Source of the DNA: a virus
Taxonomy: Duplodnaviria; Caudoviricetes
DNA: 64,000 nucleotides
IMG/VR virus record: IMGVR_UViG_3300035501_001769
Span: 1-64,000 of that record
Reading direction: 5' to 3' (one strand)
Shown here: one piece after another, positions 39,501 through 49,444 of the stretch
Position numbering within the stretch: the stretch's first letter is position 1
How the letters are laid out: every line of letters begins with the position of its first letter
Position numbers and translations under genes: made by a program
Notes under the pieces: model-generated
The model's database searches: none
Seen by the model: only the letters and a program-made list of their open reading frames with translations
What the model was told of the DNA's origin: nothing

Positions 39501-42491
39501 TACACCTGCATCAACCCATTGTGATGTAAGAGTGTCATAACGATATAAGTCAAATTGGTTAGCCTCAGAAGATGCCTTTGTAACCCAATAGAATGTTTGA
39601 CGGTCTGCCTCGCTTGAAGATGCTTTCTGAAGGTCTGTCACTGTGCCAACCCAAGGACTGATATGTGTACTGTGAAGATAGAAGAAATTGAACGCTTCTT
39701 GGAAATACGAAATAGATTCAGTATTACCCATAACAACTTCCCACTGCTTTGTGCCATTATAATAAATAACATCATCAGACAGTGTAACATCATCATTCCA
39801 AGGAACGCGGTGGTTGGTTAGTGGCGTACCGTTGTCACAACCTTCCAACATCAAATATTCAGGGAACACATTCTTATCATATCCGAAAGTAGGTTTATCA
39901 CCCTTGCCCGGACCAAATGTGTATAAGCCGTAAAATGTAGGTTCATCGCTCTCGGCTGAACGTGTAAAAACAAGGAAAGGTTTCTGAACGACCGTAACAC
40001 GACAATCTTCAAATCCTTCAGTGTTTGTGATATAAGAACCGCCTGTACACTTCTTCCATAGGTCTGTATAGAGATTAACACAACCCATTTTGTGAGATTG
40101 CATAGATGATGCCCAGTTACGTTTTGCAACGTTCTTAACGGAGTAGGGAACACCATCCATAAGCTGATATGCCGCGCCTCTGTTTACGCCATTCTCATCA
40201 AGCCAATAAGTAGCTGAGGTATTAGCAAATTGGAAGTTCCACATCCAGTATGAACGTGATGACGTACCTTGACCGGTGGTTTTAACCTGATAAAGCGTTC
40301 CTGAGTGTGAAGGGTCATCAATTATATGAATTTGAACATCATTAGTATATGCAACATTACCGGTTGAGTAAGAAGGAACTGTGCCGGTAATCACCATCGT
40401 GTTATATTTGTCGTATGCCTTTGTATAGCTAATAGTGTTGTCATCACCTAAGATGGCATTAGCCTCACGATATTCAAGTTTCTCGGCAACGGTAGACATT
40501 GCCGCCATGCAATCTTGTCGTATATCATTAGCTGATAAAGATTTACGATAGACACGCAAACTATAAATATCAATATCCGAAGTATCGTTGCCAATGCGAA
40601 TACCCATAGAGGTCTGCTTACCGTTTACATATTGCACGAACTTATCTGTCGTGGTCCACATAAACTCACGGTTAATAGTACCGTTGATGAACAAGCGCAC
40701 ATAGTTACATGACGTGTTGTTGATACCGTAAATGATATTAACAGCCAAGTGGGTACGCACACCTTCTTGCCATGCTACATCTTGGTCATCATGCACACGG
40801 TTGTTTTGTGTCATGAAGCAACCATCAGTCGGGTTCATCTCAAAACCAAGCGGCAGAGAGTCGTTCATGTAAGAACACATACGCAAGATAGCTGCATCCA
40901 TATCAGTTACATTTCGTGTTGCAAAATCCAACTCGATAGTAACTGAATTACGCATATCGGTAATAAAGTCCTGATATGGCTCGTAGTCAATCGTAAGAGA
41001 ACGACCGGCAAGCACTCTTAAACAGCGGTTGCCATCTTCATCAGTTACCCAACCGTCAGTTTTGAATTTAAAGCCGGACCAAGTGGAGCTAACAGTTGAA
41101 TTATCAGCAGTATTGATAATTGTAGCCGGGTTGGTTTCATCATTGGTGCGTAGACGAGGATTGAGAACAAAGTCAGCTCCCGAAGTAGGTGAAAAGTTGT
41201 CTTGATTGTCAACCTGAAGGTCGATCATCGTGCGGATCTCCGATTCACCCGAATAGAAATGCAAGTAAGCATCTACGGTGGTGTCATCGCTGTCAATTTC
41301 TACGAAGTTTGTCAGCTCATATTTGGTGCTGTTCGCTACGTTGCCAAGGTCGAGCTGCATATACTGTTCAGTGCCTTTGTAGTTGCTTAATAGAATACTA
41401 AAAGGTGTTGTTTCGGCATTGGGGTTATAGATAGAGTAGCTGAACAATGTCTGAGATGTCCAGTTGGTCGGCGTTTTATTGACATCGTTTAGAAGCAAGT
41501 AAACGGTTTTATCCGTCTTATCAGTAATCACCAAAACTTCAGTAGTAACAACATCACTAACGACATCAGAATCGTCTACTGTAAGCCACGCTTTAATCGT
41601 GTGAATACCCTGAGTGACAACCTTATTCTTGTCGGCAGATGTGTCTGTTACTTCAACCTGTCGGGGAGATTCAGTGTAGACAGCTGTACCAAGTGAATAG
41701 GCGTATGTTCGCGCTCCATCATCAATACTGATATTCAGCGTTTTCTTGATTGCACCTGTAATGTAGTAGCTGAGGAAAATCGTACCTGTATCAAAAGGCT
41801 TTTCCCATTGAGTTGCCGCTGTAAGTTTGAGCGTTGTTTTGGTTACGTTAAACTGAAGATAGCGTGTGCTTAACTCAGTAGTGTCGCCCTTAACAATGAT
41901 ACGAACTTGCTGTGTGCCTGTACTCAACATATTCGTAATATCCACCTCAGTCCACGAAGATGAATCAGCAGCCAAAGAAGATACAGCCACCGTACCCTTA
42001 GTTGCCCATGTAGCTGTTGATGAGCTACGTGTTTGCACGGTCAAAGTACCACCTTCAGTTGTGTCTTGTGTTGATTGCGTGATGGGGTTGTACTCTTGCG
42101 AGGTAAATCGGATATTGATTTTAACCGTATTATCAGTGGTTACAATATCGCTTGATGAATCTCGGTAAAGGTTAACGATATAGCTGACAGCCGATGAACC
42201 GCTACCTGTATCGGGCAAGGCTACATCACTTAAAAGCAAATCAGCATACGTGTCTTGGTCGCTGTTCCATTCGAGATAATCTGATTCTGAAGCAAAACCG
42301 TAGATGTGGTAGTTGTTATCACTACCTTTCTCGTCAGACCGTTTAAAATAAGCCGGTTTTTTGGCGAGAGCTTCCTGCGTATCAGCTTCAATTTGCTCAA
42401 ACTGGGATATGATGAAGGCTTGAATTTGTGAGCCTGTAAATCCATCCCAGTTCGTTTCCCTATCCGGAATCTGCGAATTGGTTGTTGCCAT
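36558..42491 (-). CDS. DGR target: 1977-aa virion adhesin with LRR-like and Ig-like regions and a C-terminal C-type-lectin fold
   Basis: VR at the extreme C-terminus (YYWSALEYSALLAWSIYFGNGNVNYYYNKYNSYRVRAVVAF); WFLPNLGDL CLec motif; Ig-like WSMTATNYATINSATGELTV. Confidence 0.85.
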   Translation of the reverse strand: MATTNSQIPDRETNWDGFTGSQIQAFIISQFEQIEADTQEALAKKPAYFKRSDEKGSDNNYHIYGFASESDYLEWNSDQDTYADLLLSDVALPDTGSGSSAVSYIVNLYRDSSSDIVTTDNTVKINIRFTSQEYNPITQSTQDTTEGGTLTVQTRSSSTATWATKGTVAVSSLAADSSSWTEVDITNMLSTGTQQVRIIVKGDTTELSTRYLQFNVTKTTLKLTAATQWEKPFDTGTIFLSYYITGAIKKTLNISIDDGARTYAYSLGTAVYTESPRQVEVTDTSADKNKVVTQGIHTIKAWLTVDDSDVVSDVVTTEVLVITDKTDKTVYLLLNDVNKTPTNWTSQTLFSYSIYNPNAETTPFSILLSNYKGTEQYMQLDLGNVANSTKYELTNFVEIDSDDTTVDAYLHFYSGESEIRTMIDLQVDNQDNFSPTSGADFVLNPRLRTNDETNPATIINTADNSTVSSTWSGFKFKTDGWVTDEDGNRCLRVLAGRSLTIDYEPYQDFITDMRNSVTIELDFATRNVTDMDAAILRMCSYMNDSLPLGFEMNPTDGCFMTQNNRVHDDQDVAWQEGVRTHLAVNIIYGINNTSCNYVRLFINGTINREFMWTTTDKFVQYVNGKQTSMGIRIGNDTSDIDIYSLRVYRKSLSANDIRQDCMAAMSTVAEKLEYREANAILGDDNTISYTKAYDKYNTMVITGTVPSYSTGNVAYTNDVQIHIIDDPSHSGTLYQVKTTGQGTSSRSYWMWNFQFANTSATYWLDENGVNRGAAYQLMDGVPYSVKNVAKRNWASSMQSHKMGCVNLYTDLWKKCTGGSYITNTEGFEDCRVTVVQKPFLVFTRSAESDEPTFYGLYTFGPGKGDKPTFGYDKNVFPEYLMLEGCDNGTPLTNHRVPWNDDVTLSDDVIYYNGTKQWEVVMGNTESISYFQEAFNFFYLHSTHISPWVGTVTDLQKASSSEADRQTFYWVTKASSEANQFDLYRYDTLTSQWVDAGVAKKGEGQYEKLNIASQTGIYPSGSLWENINEQFVNARITDFKEQASDYINVEDGLYHSNFIKLKAASDNRAKNTYLYLTYKNDKLVIHWAQDDLDTIFATDNVGRKNKPYYVEEHDVDSSNATYWNGEQNALYDLIELAYPTELRSMMNTMFAQMADLAKDSSYDDKVFGCMDKYFFSTQRYFPAVAYNENARISYEAASAVWGNGYTGSTHPITQSLGDQLQCEMQWVKLRLKYLQSYASYGDFAMNGSNSLTFRSITTLAGAQPEYSFDLVPHIWLYPAISTGSSLAYGRDTNGKSYSTPQRVKAGEAFTLSGVNSDGNTNIQLCGIDNYRSIGEFGNKPIEGDGFTVAGERLTEFHASQQPIEFRPPKITVTAPLLKVFDINGASSVNGNIDFSDLTRLEEILIGGTSVTSIKVGQPSIITKLQLPSTLTNLSLVDYEALTSNNFSIEGVGSMQEFEFSNCPNLNCQSIIAEICDSDDFGLTKCVIKNVDWTNFSVNHLMKLAELPDITLTGKIACSTDKTQIITFENKRKLIEKFGNIDDVNNPIYITYTAYNLTSLSIASERYYDKVGTYQLSITPSTVNANTFTNISWSMTATNYATINSATGELTVNKVGTEETHPDAEVTVVATLINGEKLTKTATICFYEHKCKVGDYVFADGTFSDVLNTAKTPVGICFYINPDDKSQRLAVALSDISTSSIWGLYFNSGWSEGSSNDANYNVRNIELADTPGYSVYNIPTIVDITSTGLYNSQGSGTSYITDDSYRDENYGDADGFKVPNVNTAVAEIGFTTLTSEVGDYKIGDVIPKGLRNTLNIIKHRNTILGDSSVNLQIPCATDKMTELESLNSLMAEIVTEKGSSKYQQYYYPAASFCYAYQPKVKSGETLSPLFKTGKWFLPNLGDLGRLYWYHSKGYNVDTQNAIFAKAVSDGVFTQLTSTYYWSALEYSALLAWSIYFGNGNVNYYYNKYNSYRVRAVVAF
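36564..36675 (-). repeat. DGR variable repeat (VR), 112 bp
   Basis: AAC>CTC, AAC>AGC and five AAC>TAC changes relative to TR. Confidence 0.96.
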
Positions 42492-42512
42492 AGTGTAATG
42501 TTAGTTATATTA

Positions 42513-42698
42513 TTATTTAGATTTCCAAGTGTCAGTGCTTTTCCAAGTCTTATCGCTACGCCAAATACCTGTACCAAAGCACGATGAAACTGCCGACCAT
42601 ATAAGTCTTGCAGTGGTTTTAGCACCAACATAGAGAGTCGAAACGTTCTTTGTTCCGACTCTCAATTGGCTGACAGTTTTATTGCCTATTAGAAACAT
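42513..42698 (-). CDS. Small tail-associated protein
   Basis: 61 aa; CFGTGIWRSDKTWKSTDTW; coupled to the upstream ORF. Confidence 0.55.
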   Translation of the reverse strand: MFLIGNKTVSQLRVGTKNVSTLYVGAKTTARLIWSAVSSCFGTGIWRSDKTWKSTDTWKSK

Positions 42699-42901
42699 TA
42701 GCTTTCTTCCGCTATAAAGTAAATCTGTCCTTCAACGATTTGGTTTTGCGCAATCATAGTTTCAAGAGCTTCTTCACTCTCAACTTCGATAGGCGTGTTA
42801 AGGTTAATTTGGTTGACAAGCTGATTGAACTCAGCGGCAGTCAATTTACCATTGGCTGTTAAGCCGTTGTTTTCTACTTTATTACCAATATCAAGTGCCA
42901 T
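42698..42901 (-). CDS. Small tail-associated protein
   Basis: 67 aa; GKLTAAEFNQLV motif; CTATTC upstream. Confidence 0.55.
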   Translation of the reverse strand: MALDIGNKVENNGLTANGKLTAAEFNQLVNQINLNTPIEVESEEALETMIAQNQIVEGQIYFIAEES

Positions 42902-42913
42902 TATGAAACCTGT

Positions 42914-45322
42914 TTAAAAAAGAATAGGGAAAAAGTAGGGGAAAGAGGCACCGTCAATAGTAGAAATTTCGCACACATAAGCCTCAGAACCCGATATTTT
43001 TCCATTAAGAGTAAGTGTCTTGCTAAAACGGTCGATGGTAGTTCCCATCGGAATCCCATTGTCATTGTAGATTGTTGTCACCCACCAGTTTTCAACCTCG
43101 TTCTCGGTGTCAGGGATTAAATACTTGCGCCACTGATAGGTAAAATGTTCTGCTACAAAGTCATCATCAACCGGCTCACCATGATACAAGACTTGCGCAG
43201 TAAGAACCGTGCTGCACGTACCGTTTTTGAATGTCGTACCACCTGAAGATGTAATCTTGACGGTGTAGCCATCCATCTGATATTTGCGAATGGTAGCTGT
43301 GTCAGTGTATTCTTGCGATTGATAAGTTACAACCACTTTGATAGTGAGTGTACTTGCCATGTCGCTCCACATATCGTTATCAGGATAGATTGTAAGCTGC
43401 GTATGCCCTGAATTAAAGTTAGGGGTGTCCTCAATCTCGATATACTTGCCATCTTTCTCATAATACCATTTGCGAGTTGCAGCTGTGGCATAGATGTTGG
43501 TTTCGGTCAGCTTTAATGTAATGTAGTCGGGAGAATACAATATGCCGGCTTCACTACTGCCCATAACCGCAAATGTGTCGGCACCTGAAAGAGAGATGTG
43601 TTTGTTTTCAATTTGGTGCTGCGTGTCTTGGTTGAAGTTATCCCAATTGAGCGTTACATTGCTGCCAAACTTAACCTTGCCATCTTCATCCCAGCTAATA
43701 TTGCCTTTAGCAACGTGTCCTTCTCCTGTCGGCTCTATGCGGAATGTGTCACCCCTTGAAGCAATAGACCCATCAGAATTAAGCTGTAATAGAGGGTTTT
43801 GCATTGTACCACCAATACCACCCTTACTGAACCATGCGCCATAATCATCTGAAGGAACTACGGTTGCATCGGTCGGCTGATATTGGGTTACATATTCACC
43901 GCTTTCCAATTGAGGGGCGGCAATGGCTATCTCAGCGGTATAAATACCTGATTCAGAACTTGATGCCGTTTCGTAGTTAGGTACAATACTGAACTGTAAA
44001 TCGGTGTCTGCCGCAGCTTGTAGCTTGAATGTGCATGAATAGCGTTTCCAAGCAAATGTATTTCCCCAAGAGATTGCAAAGCTACCGACCGTATTGTTAT
44101 TCTGAGTGACCGTTAATGTACAAGCCTTCTTAGCATATAGCCAAAAAGAGAGCGTATAAGTTTCGCCAACTCTCTCAGCTAACCATTCGGCTTCCTGAGC
44201 TTTAACTGTGGCATAAACGGTAACAGCAAGCTGCTTGCCTACGCCTGTCGGGTTTTCAGGTACTTCGTTGTTAGATGTTTTAGCTGCTACTACTTCATAA
44301 TCCAACGAATTAAGGAACGCATTACGGTGAATTTTACCGGCATAGAAAGTTGCACCAAAGCCGTTCTCATCTCCTGCCGTTAATGTGCCTGAAACGTGCG
44401 CTCCCTGCGTTGCGTACATCTGATTGAAGTGTGCGCCATAGCCTTTCAGTTCACCAAACACAGGGTCAGTTACGCCATCCAACTTACCGATACGCATTTG
44501 GCTTGAATTGGCAAACCCAAGCAAGCTGTTAACCCTGATAATGTTGAAGTCTGAAATATAAATCGTTGTGTCCTTTGCCAGAGCTTTCAAGTCAAGCGTA
44601 AATGAACGCTCGTGTCTGCCTGAATTGGCTACCTGAACAAGCTGGACTTTGTATGCCCAATCTTTAGTGATAGAAACAGTTTGTTTGCTGTCAACTTTAG
44701 AACCGGTGGAGTAACCGAACTTAACATCTAAGGTTTGTTCCTCAGAGCCTTTAATCCAATATGATACCAACACAAATTCAGCTGCATCAATCAGAGTGTT
44801 AAATGATTGTTTTAGCTGACAGGTGGTTTTGGTGTCATCAACTTTCTTGGTTATTTTGCATACACGGTTACGGCTTTGGTCTGTGTCATCGTAACTGAGA
44901 GAAAGTAAACTACTGCCATCGAACATATATTGGTTATTGTCCGCTACAACCGAAGTGGATATACCTTCAGGCCAACACAAGCTGCTTGATTTGCCGATAT
45001 TGTCGATAATATCCATGTAGGGTGCTTTATCATCAGAAGCTGTGAGATATAACGCGCCTAAACGGTCCTCATCAAACAAGTTGGTCATGCGTACAAAATC
45101 AAGCAATTCACCGTTGGAAGGAGCACCGCCATCAAGCAACAAGCCAACAAAGTAGCTGTTTTCCACTTCGCAACTCGACTCCACGACAACCATCAGGGAG
45201 TAGATTAAGTTATTGCCATCCCAGTATTGCCTTCTCACCACATCTCCGACTTGCAAGCTCTGTTGTTTCTTGCTGTCGGAGTTGAGTGAGATTTTATATA
45301 ATTCGTAATCCTTAATTGCCAT
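42914..45322 (-). CDS. Tail protein with carbohydrate-binding-like jelly-roll repeats
   Basis: 802 aa; two repeats (VSYWIKG...W.YK; YTLSFWLYAK...WKRYSCTF...APQLESG). Confidence 0.6.
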   Translation of the reverse strand: MAIKDYELYKISLNSDSKKQQSLQVGDVVRRQYWDGNNLIYSLMVVVESSCEVENSYFVGLLLDGGAPSNGELLDFVRMTNLFDEDRLGALYLTASDDKAPYMDIIDNIGKSSSLCWPEGISTSVVADNNQYMFDGSSLLSLSYDDTDQSRNRVCKITKKVDDTKTTCQLKQSFNTLIDAAEFVLVSYWIKGSEEQTLDVKFGYSTGSKVDSKQTVSITKDWAYKVQLVQVANSGRHERSFTLDLKALAKDTTIYISDFNIIRVNSLLGFANSSQMRIGKLDGVTDPVFGELKGYGAHFNQMYATQGAHVSGTLTAGDENGFGATFYAGKIHRNAFLNSLDYEVVAAKTSNNEVPENPTGVGKQLAVTVYATVKAQEAEWLAERVGETYTLSFWLYAKKACTLTVTQNNNTVGSFAISWGNTFAWKRYSCTFKLQAAADTDLQFSIVPNYETASSSESGIYTAEIAIAAPQLESGEYVTQYQPTDATVVPSDDYGAWFSKGGIGGTMQNPLLQLNSDGSIASRGDTFRIEPTGEGHVAKGNISWDEDGKVKFGSNVTLNWDNFNQDTQHQIENKHISLSGADTFAVMGSSEAGILYSPDYITLKLTETNIYATAATRKWYYEKDGKYIEIEDTPNFNSGHTQLTIYPDNDMWSDMASTLTIKVVVTYQSQEYTDTATIRKYQMDGYTVKITSSGGTTFKNGTCSTVLTAQVLYHGEPVDDDFVAEHFTYQWRKYLIPDTENEVENWWVTTIYNDNGIPMGTTIDRFSKTLTLNGKISGSEAYVCEISTIDGASFPYFFPILF

Positions 45323-47032
45323 TTATGATATTTTTTCTACTGTATCGCCTGAGCATGAATCAGATACCCATAAAGAGCCGTTTGTACTCTTAATCGTCTG
45401 TACTTCAAGCTCATATATTCGCATCTTACGCCTAACGGTCAATTCATCGAAAGTAGCTGTCACCGTAGCACCTGAATTGCTGATTTGCCAACCATAACCG
45501 GCAAAACCTGAAGCAAAACTCTGCGTTCCCAAAGTGCCGGTATAGTAGACATTGCCTGTTTGGAGCATACCTTCAGTAACCCCTTCGATAGCAACACCGT
45601 CAGCAAAGAATAGCTTGTTTTCGCCTAAGTACGTAGTGTAATTATCACTAATAATTGAAAAACGTGGTGACGAGATTTGCTTTTCAAAGTAGAACCGAGC
45701 TACATCAGTATTAAGAATTACACTCTTTGATGTTTCACCGTCTATGTTAACTGACAGATAGCCGGCAGATGTGGTAAAGTGAAAATCACCATCGGTTGAA
45801 CTGATATAAGAACTATCCTTATCACCAAGTCTTACACGTTTTGGCAGCAACACACCATAATCAGAAGTATTGACGTAGTATGTTGAAAAGGCTAATGAGT
45901 TTGTGCCTGAATCGCTATAAGCTGATAAGCCATGAAAGCTACCTATGCCCTCTTTTGAAATAATAACATAATCATTAGTGTAATTTTTCAGACCTGCTGC
46001 AAGGGTAAGGTAGGTGGCGTTTTTGCCGATAGTCATTGAGTAACCCGACATAGAACCCACCGCCAAGTTAACCACATTACCTTCGTGATAGAGTAGGGGT
46101 GAACCGCCTAATAATAGGCTGTGGTTATCAAGGTCAAGGTCTGTTCCGAGTTTAAGCTGCTCATCATAGCTGTAAAGTAATTCAGTGTCGTTATCTCCAA
46201 GGCTAAACCCCTTCAGAGCTTTAAGTGTATTGCCAAAGGTTGATTCACCTTCAACGGATAAATTACCTGAAACAATACCGTTAGCCATATACCAATCAAC
46301 TGAAGGCAGGTTGCTGTTTCCGCTATGCCAGTAAGTGCAATCCCATCCGTCATAATGACCGAATATTCCTTTGGTTGTAATGCTTGTGTTGCCTATTGTG
46401 AATGTTCCATCTGAAGGCAAGTTAACATTGCCTTTCAACAATATGCCATCCGAGCCGCCATTAACAACCGTCTGACCATTGATAAAAAATAATGTTTGAT
46501 TATCGCCCAAATACAACCCATTAGTTGTAAGATGAAGCAATCCATTAACTGTGGCTACATCGCTTACGATTAATTGACCACCTACGGCTAATTTGCCGTT
46601 TATTTGCGCTAATTTCGCCTTGTCGCTGTCAGTTGATACCTTGAATATCGTAAAACCATCAACGCCGGCAGAGAAGCCGTAAAGAGCTGAGAGCTGCCCT
46701 GCCATTGAATCACCTGCGCGTTGAACATAACCGGCATTTGTAGATGTTGAACCTGACTCTGCATCAGGCGTAAGAACACCGGCAATAGCGTTTGCCATTG
46801 CGTAGGCTTGGTTCTTCATCATCACATCTGTATGCTCGCTTAGTTTCTGCTGAACGGCATCTAAGTAGGCTTGTGTTGGTTCAAGATTCTCATCCAGTTC
46901 AACCTCATTATCGGAGAAGTCGGGGGCATCGCTTTCTTTAGCGTTTGCCATCATCGTCACAAAACCTGTGTATAGATGTTGCAACGCTGAACCATCAGGT
47001 ATGTTTGCTATGTTTGAGTCAAGTACAGCCAT
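45323..47032 (-). CDS. Tail protein
   Basis: 569 aa, beta-rich; FASGFAGYGWQI...DELTVRRKMRIYELEV. Confidence 0.6.
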   Translation of the reverse strand: MAVLDSNIANIPDGSALQHLYTGFVTMMANAKESDAPDFSDNEVELDENLEPTQAYLDAVQQKLSEHTDVMMKNQAYAMANAIAGVLTPDAESGSTSTNAGYVQRAGDSMAGQLSALYGFSAGVDGFTIFKVSTDSDKAKLAQINGKLAVGGQLIVSDVATVNGLLHLTTNGLYLGDNQTLFFINGQTVVNGGSDGILLKGNVNLPSDGTFTIGNTSITTKGIFGHYDGWDCTYWHSGNSNLPSVDWYMANGIVSGNLSVEGESTFGNTLKALKGFSLGDNDTELLYSYDEQLKLGTDLDLDNHSLLLGGSPLLYHEGNVVNLAVGSMSGYSMTIGKNATYLTLAAGLKNYTNDYVIISKEGIGSFHGLSAYSDSGTNSLAFSTYYVNTSDYGVLLPKRVRLGDKDSSYISSTDGDFHFTTSAGYLSVNIDGETSKSVILNTDVARFYFEKQISSPRFSIISDNYTTYLGENKLFFADGVAIEGVTEGMLQTGNVYYTGTLGTQSFASGFAGYGWQISNSGATVTATFDELTVRRKMRIYELEVQTIKSTNGSLWVSDSCSGDTVEKIS

Positions 47033-47988
47033 TATTGTTTGATTATTACGCTTTTAGATAGGAAACCTGAAGTGCTTGCTTTGTAGGCATCCACTTTGGC
47101 TTTAAGAGCAATGAAATTAGCGAAATTAATAGGTGGTTGAGGACCCATCATAGTTGTTGTTGTAAGCTGACCGAGATAGCCTAACATATCAGATAAGATA
47201 CTTGCAAGCTGTACGCCCAAAACGGCAGCTTCACCGCTATCTCCACCGACATATACTTGACTGTCTGTTACTTTGACTGAATAGCCGCCAACGGTTGATG
47301 TAACTTCATCGCTCGTAACCATGTGGGAAGCACTTCCATTTGAAACGCTTACACCATCACCACTCATATATACATCAGTTTCTCCGATAGCAATTTCCGA
47401 GTCTGTTGCGGTAGTGGTCTGAATAACACTATTACCGTCAGTATCAGCAACTTGGGTGGTAATAGTGTCTTTGGTCATGTCGATGCCTGTCTGATTGCCG
47501 GTCAATGCCAAATCTGAAATGTCATCACCTTCTTCGTCATCCAAGTCAAACTCCTCACGTTCAGCAACTCCGATGTGAACTTCCTCGTGTGAATCCAACT
47601 GAATACGTTGTACGTGCGAATACATACACACGTACTCTTTTAGCGTAGCCGGATCACACACGATAACCACCTCAGAATATAGTCTGGGAATGATTATCAT
47701 GCCGTTTGAGTTATCTTGAATTGCGCTGAGATAAACACCTTCATGATAACCTTGACCTTCAGCAATATTTTCATCATCCAAAAAATCATCACCGAACTCC
47801 TGCACATCAATCGTACCGGCTAAATCTCCTTCAGTATTAATTTTAGCCACATACCCCACCACACGCTCCATATTTCGTACAGTGCCTGTGTTGGGGTTTA
47901 CGATATTTCTTAATGCAATGTTTTCGATTAGTGTGGCAAGCGTTTTCGCGCTCGAACCAACCTGAGTTGTGCCAGTATTATTACTCAT
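47032..47988 (-). CDS. Baseplate central spike (gpV/gp45-like)
   Basis: N-terminal OB-like domain, beta-helix repeats, C-terminal GEAAVLG...GPQPPINFANF. Confidence 0.55.
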   Translation of the reverse strand: MSNNTGTTQVGSSAKTLATLIENIALRNIVNPNTGTVRNMERVVGYVAKINTEGDLAGTIDVQEFGDDFLDDENIAEGQGYHEGVYLSAIQDNSNGMIIIPRLYSEVVIVCDPATLKEYVCMYSHVQRIQLDSHEEVHIGVAEREEFDLDDEEGDDISDLALTGNQTGIDMTKDTITTQVADTDGNSVIQTTTATDSEIAIGETDVYMSGDGVSVSNGSASHMVTSDEVTSTVGGYSVKVTDSQVYVGGDSGEAAVLGVQLASILSDMLGYLGQLTTTTMMGPQPPINFANFIALKAKVDAYKASTSGFLSKSVIIKQ

Positions 47989-49444
47989 CAGTTATCTTAG
48001 ATTTAATACAGTATGGGAATGTAAGACTTTGACGATAACCGCCTGTACCAAACGATGTATTGACTTCACCAACAAGATAAATGCCGTTTTTATCATCATA
48101 GCGGTCATCTTTAAGTTGTACTATCTCACCGCTCTTAATTGCATAATCGCCAAAAATGGTTAGACTTCCATCAATACCGTTCATGTTAATTGAAGAATAG
48201 AACGCAATCGCCTCATCCAGTAACTTATCATGACTGAGATTATCTTTCTTTGCAATGTAGGTCATGACGGTGTAAGAAGATAAATCCACCTTGCTCTCGC
48301 CCTTACTACAAACTTTCACACCCTTCTTACGCGCCTTCTTAGATATTTTTGTTTCATTCAGGATTTGCCATTGGTCTGTTGATGACATTGATTCATCCCA
48401 GTCAGGCTTTTTGCGAATGGTTAGCTGATAGGTTTTTGTTGGCTGTCCTTTACTGTCATTCTCCTTACAAATAGCATGAACCGCCAAAAAGTCTTTGTTA
48501 GGCTTCATGGTGGTTAGTCCGTTGTTCGCTACGTTATAAGCAAAATCAATAACGTGTGATACTTGTGGGTTGTCAGTAATCAAAGAATCAGGACCGGGGT
48601 TAGAGAAGTACGAGCGTTTAACTGCAAGGTAGGGTGTATCATTCTCAAACACAAGGTAAGCAAATATCTTTTCTTTCGCCCACTTGTTGATGACATCGTA
48701 AATAGTTAAGTCAGTTGTTAACTTAGTAGCACCAACAACAATATCAGCATCAGTTTTATAATTGTCGGGGTGAAGCTGTAAACCTGACTTTGCCAATAAG
48801 TTATGCTGACCGCTCTTATTGCCTAACAACTGAGCGACTGTAAGCGATGAGCCAAAGTTTTTATTGGGGCATGAAATCTGCTTTAACTTGGTGGTCAGGC
48901 TTTCACATCTCAGTGTTATAGGCTGGTCGATACTGCATTTGGTAATAAAACCATCAAACATCAGCGTAAGATATGTGCGATATATTCCGAGTGTTTCCTT
49001 GCTTGTAAATATCGACTTCTTACCGCTCTTAATTTTAGCCATTGCCGCCACCGATGGGTCAGTTGTATAGCCTAAACTAATTCTAATGCGAGAATCAACT
49101 GCAAAGGTATTTGTTGTAGCTGCTTCGGTGGTTGTGCGAGTTTCATAGATAATACCCTTAGAATCTCGTGTTGCCGATACGCCTGTATTGTTCTCTTTCA
49201 GCTCCTGTTCTACCGCACTGTCAATTGTTTTTCTGATAATTGTACCGCGTGGAAATGTAAGAGTGGCTTCATCAACCAGATTAGTATAAGCGTTCTTAAT
49301 CTGGATATTCTCACATTCTGCTATTAATGTCGGAGATGTTGATGGGGTAGCCAGAGGATTGTCTTTATCAACATCCTCCGGCTTCCATATTTCAATCAGA
49401 CAAATCAGAATGTGATAACTGGGTTGTTCTGAATTGTAAGTCAT
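47981..49444 (-). CDS. Baseplate hub (gpD/gp44-like)
   Basis: Ends with GSLTIFG...GEIVQLKD...GIYLVGEVNTSFGTGGYRQ; upstream of the spike. Confidence 0.6.
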   Translation of the reverse strand: MTYNSEQPSYHILICLIEIWKPEDVDKDNPLATPSTSPTLIAECENIQIKNAYTNLVDEATLTFPRGTIIRKTIDSAVEQELKENNTGVSATRDSKGIIYETRTTTEAATTNTFAVDSRIRISLGYTTDPSVAAMAKIKSGKKSIFTSKETLGIYRTYLTLMFDGFITKCSIDQPITLRCESLTTKLKQISCPNKNFGSSLTVAQLLGNKSGQHNLLAKSGLQLHPDNYKTDADIVVGATKLTTDLTIYDVINKWAKEKIFAYLVFENDTPYLAVKRSYFSNPGPDSLITDNPQVSHVIDFAYNVANNGLTTMKPNKDFLAVHAICKENDSKGQPTKTYQLTIRKKPDWDESMSSTDQWQILNETKISKKARKKGVKVCSKGESKVDLSSYTVMTYIAKKDNLSHDKLLDEAIAFYSSINMNGIDGSLTIFGDYAIKSGEIVQLKDDRYDDKNGIYLVGEVNTSFGTGGYRQSLTFPYCIKSKITDE

